Shown: positions 1-11,992 of the stretch, piece by piece | Numbering within the stretch: the stretch's first letter is position 1 | How the letters are laid out: every line of letters begins with the position of its first letter | NCBI GenBank assembly: GCA_054600435.1 | Contig: BAAIJX010000037.1 | Coordinates: 62,001 to 126,000 of the forward strand | DNA length: 64,000 nucleotides | Source: Neophaeotheca triangularis | Taxonomy: Eukaryota | Direction: 5' to 3' | Notes under the pieces: model-generated | What the model was told of the DNA's origin: nothing | Databases searched by the model: none | The model's input: only the letters and a program-made list of their open reading frames with translations | Made by a program: the position numbers and the translations under genes

Positions 1-436
1 CAAGTCCTGGTCGCGTCGGCATCATGGCCTGACAAGAGAAAGTTACGGCCCGAGCGGATCATGCCGATAAGTCAAATTATTCCTGCCCAACCGCCGATTT
101 CTTCGGTCTTGCGGCAGATCTTGTCTGGATCTAGTCCGCCTTTCTCCCCTATTGGACGGACCGACGACACACTCGACTTACAGGTAGTTGACGATTCGTC
201 GTGGGATGAGCCAGTGCAATGCCCGGCTAGCATATAAGCTGTAGTGCCCTGACTTCTTCCATCGGTGTCTCAGGGTGGTTTTTCTTTTGGCCTTCTGTCG
301 TCACATTTCGTTGATCGAAGGATGTAATTTAACCTGTTCGTTCCGGCAGATACGGCGCGGTCAGAACGCCGCATGAAGACACTGATCTGGACCAATGGTC
401 ACAAGGTGTTGTCCACATAGGCAACTCGCAATCTAG

Positions 437-1219
437 ACTCAGAAGCCGGTGAGCCCTTTGGTGGTTCGCTTCATGCAGTTTCGAAGGCAAAGTGGCGTTT
501 CCGTTAAAGCGCGCAAGCCCGCATACTTACGCCCTCCTGCGACCTTGGCCCATCCTTGATGGCCTCTCTGCTTCAAATACAAAGGCTTCCCGCTGATTCG
601 AACGAACTCGACATTTGCGGTTTTCCATCGCAAGACTTACGACGTCTTTTGCCAGTTGCTGCTGTCACGCCGGATTTCCCCTGCAGCTCGGCTGTTTTGG
701 TCGCATGATGAGCCTATCAGAACGAAGAGCTCCGCCTAGGCACTGAGCTTTGCCTCTAAACCAGGACTTCAGCAACGCGTTACGAAGATGTGGAGTCTTT
801 ATAGACTATCTAACAGGCAACCGATTGCAAAAGTTGAGCCTCAAAAGCTCGTCTGGTTTGCGTACCATTGGACCTACTTGCCTCAAGCGAAAGGGTGGTC
901 AGCAATCCTCCAGCTTCCTCCGCAATCGCCTGTCGATTCTGAAATCACCGATCCGCTGCTACACGGAATCACTCGAGCCGCCAAGGTACCAACCGCTGAG
1001 GTCTACATCTCGGACTTGGCCGATGATACACTGCTCGATGCCACTACGCGTGAACGTCGAGATCAGCTTGCCTCCACGTGCTGTGCCTTCCCACGTCATT
1101 TCAAGTCAGAGACAACTACATTCCAACTTCAGCCCAGGTACCGAGATAATGGCCCTCCTCGCGAATGCAAGACGCTGATAGGCGCTTCACAGCGGTATGT
1201 GATGGCCAGCGGAGCTTGA
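437..1219 (+). pseudogene. possible degraded gene of unknown family; the intact part is ORF 788..1219
   Basis: One frame runs ~260 codons with only two stops (TGA 557-559, TAG 737-739). The translation is protein-like but I recognise no motif. Confidence 0.25.
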
Positions 1220-1659
1220 GCGCCATGAGTACCCACTAAAACTCTTGGATGAGCTCTTTCACCAGCATTCGAGCACGTGGAGCCATTATTCCAGGTTTCA
1301 CAGCAGGGTCAGTGGCTAAAAATCGCGGGACAACCATGTCCGTTAGCAGCTCGGCAGGTAGGAGGTCATTCCGGTGCTCACACAAACTGTCTCGGCATTA
1401 GGCTCTGCCGTTGGAGAGCGCTTTCTTAAACCTCGAGAGCGACTCCCAATGGTTACTGGCACACCGGTTGGCACAGTCACGTGCATTGGTCTTGCCCACG
1501 AAGGCGATACTACACGCTCTTCAAGGGGTAATGATGCCCAAACTAAATTGCTTTTTTCTGTGACCACGGGAAAGCTCGTGAAAAAAGAGCAAGAGCGCAA
1601 GTATATGAAGTCGAGCCCTCGCCCTTTCAGGTAGTCAGCTGAAGTCCCTTTTCCGAACC

Positions 1660-2666
1660 ATGGCAAACCAACAACAGGTAAGTGCTAGCACAGTTTTGGC
1701 GGTCAGCCTCCCACTAATGGCAACCATTTCCCAGCTGCCCGTGATCTGCTTTCAAGTCCAGCCCATGAGACCAAGCCCGCAATTCAGACAGCAATTCGGT
1801 CCGACTGGGTATTGGATCCCTCCCAAGCCTCGTGAATCAAACGTCCTCCTACCCGGGCTCACAACGAATAACTGGTATCGCTACGATGGTACGCAGGTTC
1901 AGCAGATGCAACCGCCACCCGAGCAATCGCGTCGCCTTTACAGCCAGCACTCGATGTACTACGAAGAGGGACACTTCTGGATCGTCAAGGGCGACGCATC
2001 CACACATCAGGTCGGAGATGGAAAAGACAATCTTAGACTTAACCCACAAAGCTATGGATTCAATGATACAGAAGCCGACTCTGACTCCAACTCCGACTCC
2101 GACGAAGCCGACAGCTCTGACTCTGACGATGAGGGTGCGATCACGGGCACGTGGGAGCACCTCAGGTTTAACCATATCAACCTCCAGTCCTATGCCCGCT
2201 TTGAAGCTCAGTATCGCTGCCTGATCGTTCAAGACTTGAATCAAGCCTGGGTCAACCAGATCCTTCCCCATCTCTACCGAGAACCACAGCAGCCGCCACA
2301 ACCCCAGCCGGCTGGAGGCCTCCTCGGCGACCTCTCTATCCTCATTGCCCTCGTCGCATTCTCGGTACCCGAGTCGAGAGTTCACAATGCGCTGCTACAG
2401 TCTATGCAACACCGCTACGTTCCCCATCAGGGGCTCGGCAGTAACGGACAAGGCTGTAAGTGTTCCTCGTGTGTCCTACGTCGTGATCTTCAAAGACTTA
2501 TGCTCTTCCAGGGACCCCAAGGCGCGGTGTGGTCGTCAGCGTTTACAGCCTCATCGACCCCCAGACCGCGAACACTTCTCGACCAACGCTGCATCCACGC
2601 TCCGCCCCGGCCACGTTGCAGAGGTTTGAAAGGGGCCGGGGACCGTATGGAAAGTTCTTTCCTTGA
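1660..2666 (+). CDS. fungal hypothetical protein, 3 exons (1660-1677, 1735-2455, 2512-2666)
   Basis: GTAAGT...CAG introns at 1678-1734 and 2456-2511. Spliced product contains WYRYDG, an acidic Asp/Ser patch and GGLLGDLSILIALVAFS, and ends RGVVVSVY...GPYGKFFP*. Confidence 0.7.
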
Positions 2667-3291
2667 TTGCTTGGCCGGTGGTGACTTGTTTTCGCGGTAC
2701 TGTAACGACGACTATACGGCTGGTCCAACCTATGACTTTTCGCTAAGGGGGCCTTGCAAATTGTGGATGTAGTTGTTGAACTATGTGGGGAATCTTCGTT
2801 GGAATGGGATTCGACGGACAGATTGTCTTTGGCGGGAGGAATCGTTTCAGCGACGACCGTATGTTTTAGTCGACGAGGACACGAATAAGGAAGACTTACA
2901 GACGAGCTTTTCATACTTTCTCACGCTTGCTTTGCCTTTGGCTCGGGTCGAAGCGTTGGCCCCATTAGTTGGGACTTTTACCTCCGAACACGATTGCTAG
3001 TGGCATTCGACCTTTCCAGTCTCGATTACCCGCCTTTTCAGTAAGTGAAAGCCCAGCCGGTTCGACACGTCTCCATCAAATTTAAGGGCCAGACGTTGGT
3101 TGGGCTCGAAAAGGCAGGGCATAAAGCGATACTGGCTGCTCGAATTATTACTAGGGGCAGTGAACTTGAAAAGGCGAAGCAACAGAGCCCCCGAATCAAT
3201 TACAAGGCCCCGATTCACGCCGCTGTCTCTGCCAATAGTTCTACACAATGTACAAAATCCTCGTTTATCACAACCCTGGCCGCCATTCCCC

Positions 3292-4140
3292 TTACGCCTT
3301 GATAGCCTTCTTCTTTCCACCCCGCCTCATCTGCTTAGCCTCAGCATTCTTCGCAATCCTCACGTTCCTCTTCCTCCAAGCCGTGAACCGATCACCCGGC
3401 TTAAAAGGCCTAACCTTCAGCGCCTCCTTACTCCTCTCCGCCGCACGCCCAATTTCCCAGTTTGCCTGCCTATACTGATACCCCGGCCTCAACGTCAATG
3501 TCGTCTCAACCGTCTCCCCAGACTTCTTGCTCTTCAAAACCTTTACCCCCCTGTCCCCGTTCGGCACTTCCCTAATCGTACTCGGCTGCGGCGCGCCCAT
3601 GCCCGCATTCCCTTCCAACCCTGTTTCAGGCCCTGTCACAAGATCACCACTCGCCTGCTCAGCCACCACTTCAGGCATCTCATACGCCAGCATTCCCAAC
3701 CGCCTCCTCCTAACCGCGTGATGCGGCTGCGGCAAACTCTGCCCCTTCTCGAACACGATACCAATGAACCTCCTATCAGGATGCCTAGCCGGGTCGCGAT
3801 AGTACCTCACATACCCCGGCGCAGCAGCGTGGATCGTGTGGTCGCGGCCCATCATGCAATTGTCGCCGGGGAACCAGTGCGTGCCGCGTTGTTTGAAGAG
3901 GATGTTTCCGGGGACGACGTATTCGCCGCCGGTTTTCTTGGCTCCCAGGCGCTTTCCGGGGCCATCTTTGGCGCCGTTGGCAACTCCCTGGGCTTTGTGC
4001 GAGGCGTGGCGGATGCTGGTTGTGTTCGTTGGGGTCGAGGTACGTGGGGTCAGCCGGAGGCTACTGAGGGCGGTTTCGAGGACCGAGAGGGTTGCTTGGG
4101 AGGGTGCTCTGGGAGCTGGCCTGAGTTTGTTGAGAGCCAT
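3292..4140 (-). CDS. MRP7: mitochondrial ribosomal protein bL27m (L27)
   Basis: L27 signature RHASHKAQG...KDGPGKRLGAKK...GNILFKQRGTHWFPG...GRDHTI after an Arg/Ser/Leu-rich presequence. Start at 4140 chosen; upstream in-frame ATGs exist. Confidence 0.92.
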   Translation of the reverse strand: MALNKLRPAPRAPSQATLSVLETALSSLRLTPRTSTPTNTTSIRHASHKAQGVANGAKDGPGKRLGAKKTGGEYVVPGNILFKQRGTHWFPGDNCMMGRDHTIHAAAPGYVRYYRDPARHPDRRFIGIVFEKGQSLPQPHHAVRRRRLGMLAYEMPEVVAEQASGDLVTGPETGLEGNAGMGAPQPSTIREVPNGDRGVKVLKSKKSGETVETTLTLRPGYQYRQANWEIGRAAERSKEALKVRPFKPGDRFTAWRKRNVRIAKNAEAKQMRRGGKKKAIKA

Positions 4141-4444
4141 GGCGGCGGTGTTGGTGGTATTGAGTTGGTTGTCGTGTTGATGCGACGCCAGTCTGCGGTC
4201 TTGAGGTTCTTTGAGAAGCAACCCTGAAGCCATTGCGGGTACAAGCCTTGGCATTGAGGCTTGTGCTCTCGAATCGGTATTGACAGCAACGTCACCTCTA
4301 CTACATCGTATGTACTGCAAACACGACACAACTTAACGACGAGAAGCGTGCTATAGCTGTAGTTCGATCCAATCTACTCAATACCGACTAGCTTTCCTCC
4401 CACCAACCCGATCGACGGGCCTTGCGCCCACCACCACCCCCATT

Positions 4445-5921
4445 ATGGCCTCCGCCCTCTTCTTCCTCGACCTCAAGGGCAAGACCCTCCTAGCCCGCAA
4501 CTACCGCGGTGACATTCCCATGTCCGCCGTCGAGAAATTCCCAGTCCTGCTCTCAGAAGCCGAAGAAGAATCCTCATCGGTGCCCCCCTGTTTCAGCGAC
4601 GAAGGCATTAACTACCTCTACATCCGACACAACAACCTTTATCTTCTAGCACTCACGAAACGAAACTCAAATGCCGCCGAGATTCTCCTCTTTCTCCACC
4701 GTGTCGTGGAGGTCTTCACCGAGTACTTCAAAGAGCTGGAGGAGGAGAGTATCCGCGACAACTTTGTTGTGATTTACGAGTTGTTGGATGAGATGATGGA
4801 CTTTGGGTACCCTCAAACGACGGAGAGTAAGATATTGCAGGAGTACATCACTCAGGAAAGCCACAGATTGGAGGTGCAGGCTAGACCGCCAATCGCCGTT
4901 ACAAACGCCGTCTCCTGGCGCAGCGAGGGAATCCGATATCGCAAGAACGAGGTGTTCCTGGATGTTGTCGAGTCGCTTAACTTGTTAGTGTCTTCGACGG
5001 GCAATGTCTTGCGGTCTGAGATTCTGGGTGCGGTCAAGATGAAGTGCTATCTTTCGGGTATGCCGGAGCTGCGGTTAGGCTTGAACGACAAGGCGATGTT
5101 TGAGACGACTGGACGTGCGACACGAGGAAAGGCGGTTGAAATGGAGGATGTCAAGTTTCATCAGTGTGTGCGGCTTTCGAGGTTCGAGAACGATCGGACC
5201 ATCTCTTTCATTCCGCCAGATGGCGAGTTTGAACTCATGAGCTACCGTCTCAACACACAGGTGAAGCCTCTGATCTGGGTGGAGTGCATCGTCGAGAGCC
5301 ACAGTGGGAGTAGAATCGAGTTCATGCTGAAGGTACGTGACAAACTGCTCTCTGCAAGACTCCTTATGCTTCGATCAACTGACAACCTTCCCCCTTACAG
5401 GCCAAAGCACAATTCAAACGCCGCAGCACCGCCAACAACGTCGAAATCTCTATCCCCGTCCCCGAAGACGCCGACACCCCCCGATTCCGCACCAACATTG
5501 GCAGCGTCCATTACGCCCCAGAAACCAGCAGCATTGTCTGGAAAATCAAGCAATTCGGCGGCGGCAAAGAATTTCTCATGCGCGCCGAACTCGGCTTACC
5601 CTCCGTGCGAGGTGACGACGAGAAGGGTGGCGGTATGATGGGAGGCTTTGGTGGCAGCATGGGTGGCACGGGCATGGGTCAGGGCAAGGGAAAGAGGCCG
5701 ATCAGCGTCAAGTTTGAGATTCCCTACTTCACGACCAGTGGGATTCAGGTCAGGTATTTGAAGATTATTGAGCCAAAGGTGAGTGCTTTGCATTTCGAAT
5801 CGACGTGTGGATACGGTGAAAAGCTAACGTGTTGTTTTAGTTGCAATACCCGAGTTTGCCATGGGTACGGTATATCACGCAGAGCGGTGATATCGCTGTT
5901 CGCCTGCCGGACGTGCAATGA
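4445..5921 (+). CDS. APM1: AP-1 adaptor complex mu subunit; exons 4445-5332, 5401-5778, 5841-5921
   Basis: MASALFFLDLKGK, IYELLDEMMDFGYPQ, SFIPPDGEFELMSYR, FEIPYFTTSGIQVRYLKI, LPWVRYITQSG. Two canonical GT-AG introns. Confidence 0.97.
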
Positions 5922-6203
5922 GGGACGACTAACTATTGTGGTCGGTTTTCGAGAAGCGTGGAGTAGGTGTTTGGTGTTTAGGAGGCGAATGGCGGGCATG
6001 CATACATGGAAGCGCAAGCAGCCTGGCCAGGAGGCAAAATCTAGACATTGTAGCTCACCGGCGCGTGATGTTGAGTATGTGACCACTGTACGCTAATGTG
6101 CCGTCTTCAGTGCTCTCTCATACTTGTTCCAAATTACTGACCGTCCCTCGATATTTTTTGAAACAAGGAACAGCTTTGTCTCAAATTCACCAGCCCTCAC
6201 CCT

Positions 6204-7403
6204 TCAGGACGCTCTGAATCGAGCCAACGACTCGGCTTCTTCAAACTCCTTCTGCGGCGGCATCTCGACCAAACCCTTGCGCTGCTTCGTCCTAGCTTGC
6301 AAAGCCTTTAGCATCGAATAGACAAACGTCAAAGTCGGCACTGGGACGCCTAAACGCTGTGCCTCCCGCACTGGTTCTCCGACAATAACCTCTATCTCCA
6401 TGAAATTGCCCTAATTCACAACAACATCAGCAAAGCACACACGAAACCCGCATTGGCCCTGATACAGGCCGCGTGTACCCACCTTATCAACATCCTGCTG
6501 CATACTAGGTCTAAAATACCCATCGAAGGGGTCAGCAGCCAGCGCCTTATCTTCCACATCCTGCCCTAACACAACCCCAGCCGCGCGAGCAACTCTGCGA
6601 ATCTCCCGCATCACCGGCAAAACCAACTCCGTAACCGGCGTCTCCGCGACCTTGATGGCCGTTGTATCCAGCCCCGTGATCGCGCACACTGAGTTCCAGG
6701 AAGCATTATACACGAGCTTCTGCCAGCGTGCTGCAGCGACATCTTCGTCGTACTGGCAATTTGGTTTGCCGCTTGCGTTGTATAAGTGGCAAAACTGCTT
6801 CGCCGCATGCTGTTCGTCCGCTACATCGAGGTTTGCATTCCGGAACGCACCAATGCGCAGGATGTCGTGGTCTTGCTGGAAGATCTTCCCTGGTTCGAGC
6901 TCGGTGGAGCTGGTTTGCGAAATCCCGGAGATCAGGATGTTGGTTGGGAAGGCTTGTAGGAAGGGTTTTTCGATGTTCAGGCCGTTCTGGATTAGGACTA
7001 TGGCGGTGTGGGAGGGGGTTATGGCTGGGGTTATTAGGGTGGAGATGGTGGGTGGGATGTCGGGGAGGTTTTTGGTGCAGATTACTATGTAGTCGAAGGG
7101 GGGTTGGGAAGGGTTTGAGGTTGGGTTGGGTATTGTTTTGGTTACTGGGGTGGTTTCAGTTGGCTGCATCAAGTGGTATTGTGCTGTCTTTCCATTCTTA
7201 CGGTTTGTTGGTCTCCATGATGGGATGTGGCCGTAGTCGATCGACCAAATGTTGAAGCCGCGCTCTTGGACAAGGTCGTAGTTTGATCTCAGCACTCCAG
7301 TGACGGTTGCGAGGTTGCCGGCTTCGAGATTGAGAGCTGTGATTGTTCCAATGCCTCCAAATCCGATCACGAGGATGTTTGATTTCTCACTTTCTGTCCC
7401 CAT
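6204..7403 (-). CDS. 2-dehydropantoate 2-reductase (ApbA/PanE family); introns 7201-7145 and 6482-6411
   Basis: GFGGIG Rossmann motif, DYIVICTK, LIQNGLNIE, WQKLVYNASWN, SMQQD...MEIEVIVG, GVPVP. Confidence 0.9.
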
Positions 7404-8155
7404 GCTTACTTGCTAGACTCCCTGGTTTAATTGTACGCCGTGATGGGTGGCGAAGGGTGATGAGCAAGAAGAGAACAAGTTTACATCTGGGAGGTTTGTT
7501 GGCATAAGTGCCAAACTTACTAGTGTTCTGTCTCCCAACAACCCGATTGTATCGCTTCAGCGCTTCTAGCTGTCTCCAAGGCCCTCTTATCCTCATGTAA
7601 TGCAGACACTTTCCAAGACCGTCGCAAAAGAAGCTCGAGAGGGTACGCAATTTTTCCCCAACCCTGACCCTGATCACTTCTTAAAGAGCCTTGGCGCGTG
7701 CCTCCAGAGAACTTTGACGACGACCTCTACCTCAACACCAACATCAACTTGACCTTGAGCGGGTCGTCGCACCATGAGATTCCATACTATGCTAATAAAA
7801 TACCACACTACTTCTGCGACAACGAGCTGCAGTATACGCCCCCAAAATAGCAAGCCCAGCCTCAGGATGAAGCCAACATTCGTAGCCGCTCGCTGGGCGG
7901 CTACTGAGGATGCTGTGCCTCAACGGAGATGGCAGTGAAAAGTGAGTACCGCCCACGCTTTGTGGCTTTGCGATGGGCTCCGTGTTTTGCTCTCTTTGCT
8001 CTCTTTGCTGTCTGATTGGACGCACTGCTTTCGTGTCTCTTTTGCAACGCTCAATCTCGTCTCGTGCACCGGTACGCCTTGCTTAATTGATCCCTCTTTG
8101 AGAGGACGAAAGTGCACCTCATCCCATGTTCTAGCTGGATCACGTGTAAGAGAAC

Positions 8156-11100
8156 ATGGCAGGATACGAATTCGAAGAACAATCGACCGATGCGGGTCAG
8201 AAGAAGAAGACAACTGGCGCTTCTGTCCAGGTACGGCCTCTTGACCATGCGGGAAGATCGGAATCGGAGCGCGCACCGCAAAGTAATTTACGGCCATGGC
8301 GACCAGTGTCTTTACGATATCCGTTCCTTCTTGGTGTCTTAGCCTCGACTATCGGCCTCATCGTGGTTCTCCAGTATCTGCTTGCTCGGAGCCAACGGGA
8401 CCAAGGTATACTCTTCGCAAAGAACATTAACGATCTGCCAATCAGTCGGACCTTTGGTTACACTTATGGACCGACCATCGTTTCTGTAGTATTCGGCCTT
8501 CTGTGGAATTGGATTGATGTGGATGTCAAGCGGTTGGAGCCCTTCTTCCAGCTTTCGAAACCGGACGGCGCTCTAGGCAAGGACTCAATTTTGTTGGAGT
8601 ACCCGTTCGACTTTGCTTTAGCAATCCCCTTTAAGTCATGCAAGCGGAAGCATTGGGCGGTTTTGATGAGTTCGACGGCGGTGGTCTTAATCTTTCTCGG
8701 ACTGACACCTACGCAAGCTGGTATATTCGCCGTGCGCACGATCACGATCGAGGAAAACGTGAAGATCCACCCAGCAGGATCTTTTATTCCTATAGACGAG
8801 CAAGGCAATCGTTCAGCTGCGTACGCGCAGTCTGTCTACAGCATTGCTTGGCTAAATGAAAGTCTTCCACCCTTCATGACAAAGGAATACGTTCTCGAGC
8901 CGTTTGGCTCGATGACGTCTTTCGGCGATACTGGCGAAGAGCTTCGTATGACCGGACGAACGATGAAGTTCAGTGTCGACGTTGAGTGTGAGACTCCCAC
9001 CCTTTTCAACAACTCAGGCGCTATCTATGCCAACAGCTCCAACGGGTGTAGTTATCTCCGTCCAATGTACAGGACTATCCGCAACAACAACACCGACAAG
9101 CCCTTCGACACGCTTTATGTCGGCTATAGCAATGAAAATGGAGCCGCGGATTACTACCTATCCTCGAGCTGTCCTGAGAGTGCGAATCAGACCTTTTTTG
9201 TACGCTTTTCGAAAAGCTCACCACGCGCTATCACTGCACCCCAAACCGAACGCTTAGAAGATGATGAAGTCAATTCAACTTCGCTCTATTGCACTTCATC
9301 CTACTTCCGCCAACAGGTCCTTGCAACTGTGAGTCTGCCGTCTCGAACGCCACTCTACGTACGCACTCTCGGCCCAAAGTTTCCGCTTCCCTACGGCCTA
9401 TTTAACAGCAGCGAGTTTGAATGGATGATGAACTCGGGCATCGAGCAAGGGACGGCCCGAGGACCTTATCCTGACCACGGCCTTCCAGATCAGAAGTCTC
9501 ACCTGCAGGACATGCCGTTAAACCTAGCGTACCTGCCGAAAATGGCGCCATTCGCTATTGCTGCTCACCAGCTTCCGATGGAACGATACATGGATCCGGC
9601 TGAGCTCGCGAGCAGTTATCGGAAGGCCTACCGCCTGCTATTCACCAGGAGGTTGTCTGATATTCTGGGCCAGCAACTAAACACAAGTACTACGGCCAAT
9701 GGTACTATTTCGTATGCTACCCAGTCGGTCGTTGCAGTGTCTGGTTTTGTGTACGCTGTAACAGCCATGCTTGCTCTTCTAGCTTGCATGCAACTGGTTT
9801 TCGCATTCTACTTGAGCAGGCGGTCAAACCGACTTTGCTCTGACCCAGGTTCCATCGGCGCGCTCATGGAACTTACGCGAGGCTCTACTAACACGGTTTT
9901 GGCCTTTTGTGGCCTCGATCGGTCATCCACTGGTGACCTCCATACGGCTGTTTCCATAACGACCTTTGGACTAAAGAATAGCGAGACCCACGATGGACCA
10001 CGAGCGCAGCTTCATACTTCAACGCCACTGCCATTGGAAGATGTGGTGCCCGATAGATCAACCGCTCACGGAAAAGAATCACCGGCAACAGGCGTCCGCC
10101 CAAGTGAGGTAAAAGTATCCGCCGGCGCGACCTTCCTCTCGCTACAGCTTATAGCGGCTATAGTGTTTGCGCTTCTGTACGGTCTTTCTAAGAGGAACAA
10201 TGGCCTGCCTCTGCCTTCAGAGGCTATCATTACGCGCCAAGTCCTACAAAATTACATGCCTGTTGCTTTTGCCACCTTGGCCGAGCCCTTTTGGTTAGTT
10301 CTCAACCGATTGCTCTGCATGCTTCAACCTTACGAGCAATTGCGACATGGTGGCGCACTAGCTTCTCGGTCGGTCAACCTCAACTACGGCTGCCTGCCGC
10401 CTCAGTTGATGTTTTGGAGAGCGATGCGAGCCAAGCATTATTTGCTATTCCTTGTTTGTCTGGTTGCTGTTCTCATGAATGCTCTGGCTGTTGCTCTCAG
10501 TGGTGTACTGTATGAGGACATCGCCCAACTTGCTACTCCCACGACCTTCTCACCAGTATATTCGGCAGCAGTTCGAAAGTTGAACGCCACTGGGATACCT
10601 TTCAATGCTGATGCACCCGGTAATTCTCAAGGTGGAACGACACAAGATCAATTCTACCGTGAGATCTCGAACATCACAACAGGAACTCCGCTACCGCCTT
10701 GGACCGACGGCGCCAGTGTTTGGCTTCCGGTACATTTGCCGCATGCTGACTCGAACAAGACCTATGGGGTCAAGGTACCGGCATTCAGCGCCTCGCTTGA
10801 TTGCCAGCCCCTGGACGACGCCGGTACAGCCGGGTACAGCCTTCTTTTCGAAAGCGACGCAATAGCGAGTCGAGGGTCTAGTTCGGGGGCGTTGAACGTC
10901 ACGATTCCCAACACAGGCCGGTCAAATTCACCACTGCACTGCCATGATTTCAAGCCTGATCGCAGCAATCCCGTCGTGAGACCGCTGGAAAGCATGCGTA
11001 TGCCCGAGATCGGTCGCAATGCGCTTGAGCTAGGGTTCATGCTAAGCAACAGCACCCACTCAACCGAAGATGCTGCCTGCAGGCAGTACATCGTGGCTGG

Positions 11101-11992
11101 TTGGACTCGTGCCAATTGGCAGTATGTCAATCCATCCGATGGCATCCCTCCAAAGACACGTAAAGCCGGAGACGAAGACCCTAAACTCCGTTTGGCCAAT
11201 CTGGAAAGCACGATCTTACTCTGCAAGCCGGAATTGCTCTATAATCACGATTCTGCGGTCCTTGTCGACAGCGCCGGCTTTGCGCAAGCCAAGGAGCCCC
11301 AGATGAACGATATAAATCATGCTGCTCCCCATGGCGGCCAAAAGCTGGACTTTGGTTTAAGCACAGGTGCGCTGATGGCGCAAGCGAATCAGTTCCTTGT
11401 TGACAATGGTGCCACTTGGCACCAGGACGCCTTCCCCTCTGACTGGACTAACTATCTCCTTTCGCAACACAATGCGCCCGCGTCACTGCTAGACTACGAG
11501 GTCCCGCCTCCCACCTTCGAAGACATAGGACCGCACCTATCGCGACTGTACACTAGATTGTTCGCAATCCTCTTCAGCTCTAACCTCGACAAGCTTCTAG
11601 AGCCAGCAGAGCTCGACGCTACAGTCCATGGCGCAACGTTTACTATGGAAACCAGGATATTTGTCTCTCTTCCGGCGTTGGTAGTTGCCGAATGCGTGCT
11701 TCTGCTTTGCATGGCTGCCACCTCCTTGCTGTACGTGCGCTGGCGGTCATGGCGCTTACTGCCCAGGTTACCATCGAATGTCGCGAGTACCATTGCATTC
11801 TTCGCCGCCAGCAACGCCCTCAGGGACCTGGACGCTGGCGAGCACAGGTGTACTGAAAGCTCGAAAGACTGGAGATGGGGGTTTGGGTACTTTATCGGCG
11901 CGGACGCTCGAAGGCATGTTGGAATTGAGAGAGCCCCGTTGGTGTCAGCTACGAGAGCTGATGGCGAAGGGAGGAGGGCCGCCTTTCTGTGA
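8156..11992 (+). CDS. large multi-pass membrane protein, DUF3433-like (two repeated halves)
   Basis: 1278-aa single ORF with two copies of the motif (YGPT...W...DVKRLEPFFQLS...SILLEY; YMPV...EPFW...LQPYEQL...SVNLNY). Several hydrophobic helices and many N-glycosylation sequons. Confidence 0.8.
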   Translation: MAGYEFEEQSTDAGQKKKTTGASVQVRPLDHAGRSESERAPQSNLRPWRPVSLRYPFLLGVLASTIGLIVVLQYLLARSQRDQGILFAKNINDLPISRTFGYTYGPTIVSVVFGLLWNWIDVDVKRLEPFFQLSKPDGALGKDSILLEYPFDFALAIPFKSCKRKHWAVLMSSTAVVLIFLGLTPTQAGIFAVRTITIEENVKIHPAGSFIPIDEQGNRSAAYAQSVYSIAWLNESLPPFMTKEYVLEPFGSMTSFGDTGEELRMTGRTMKFSVDVECETPTLFNNSGAIYANSSNGCSYLRPMYRTIRNNNTDKPFDTLYVGYSNENGAADYYLSSSCPESANQTFFVRFSKSSPRAITAPQTERLEDDEVNSTSLYCTSSYFRQQVLATVSLPSRTPLYVRTLGPKFPLPYGLFNSSEFEWMMNSGIEQGTARGPYPDHGLPDQKSHLQDMPLNLAYLPKMAPFAIAAHQLPMERYMDPAELASSYRKAYRLLFTRRLSDILGQQLNTSTTANGTISYATQSVVAVSGFVYAVTAMLALLACMQLVFAFYLSRRSNRLCSDPGSIGALMELTRGSTNTVLAFCGLDRSSTGDLHTAVSITTFGLKNSETHDGPRAQLHTSTPLPLEDVVPDRSTAHGKESPATGVRPSEVKVSAGATFLSLQLIAAIVFALLYGLSKRNNGLPLPSEAIITRQVLQNYMPVAFATLAEPFWLVLNRLLCMLQPYEQLRHGGALASRSVNLNYGCLPPQLMFWRAMRAKHYLLFLVCLVAVLMNALAVALSGVLYEDIAQLATPTTFSPVYSAAVRKLNATGIPFNADAPGNSQGGTTQDQFYREISNITTGTPLPPWTDGASVWLPVHLPHADSNKTYGVKVPAFSASLDCQPLDDAGTAGYSLLFESDAIASRGSSSGALNVTIPNTGRSNSPLHCHDFKPDRSNPVVRPLESMRMPEIGRNALELGFMLSNSTHSTEDAACRQYIVAGWTRANWQYVNPSDGIPPKTRKAGDEDPKLRLANLESTILLCKPELLYNHDSAVLVDSAGFAQAKEPQMNDINHAAPHGGQKLDFGLSTGALMAQANQFLVDNGATWHQDAFPSDWTNYLLSQHNAPASLLDYEVPPPTFEDIGPHLSRLYTRLFAILFSSNLDKLLEPAELDATVHGATFTMETRIFVSLPALVVAECVLLLCMAATSLLYVRWRSWRLLPRLPSNVASTIAFFAASNALRDLDAGEHRCTESSKDWRWGFGYFIGADARRHVGIERAPLVSATRADGEGRRAAFL

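Noticed and set aside
3100..4227. 375-aa plus-strand ORF and other long antisense ORFs (16341..17408, 56535..57320, 25802..26557, 22852..23514, 52580..53257)
   Set aside because: Shadow frames opposite well-supported genes in GC-rich, codon-biased DNA; no protein motifs.
4140..4445. Short divergent promoters (also 48263-48613 and 57406-57782)
   Set aside because: Ordinary arrangement for fungal housekeeping genes; no specific element identifiable.
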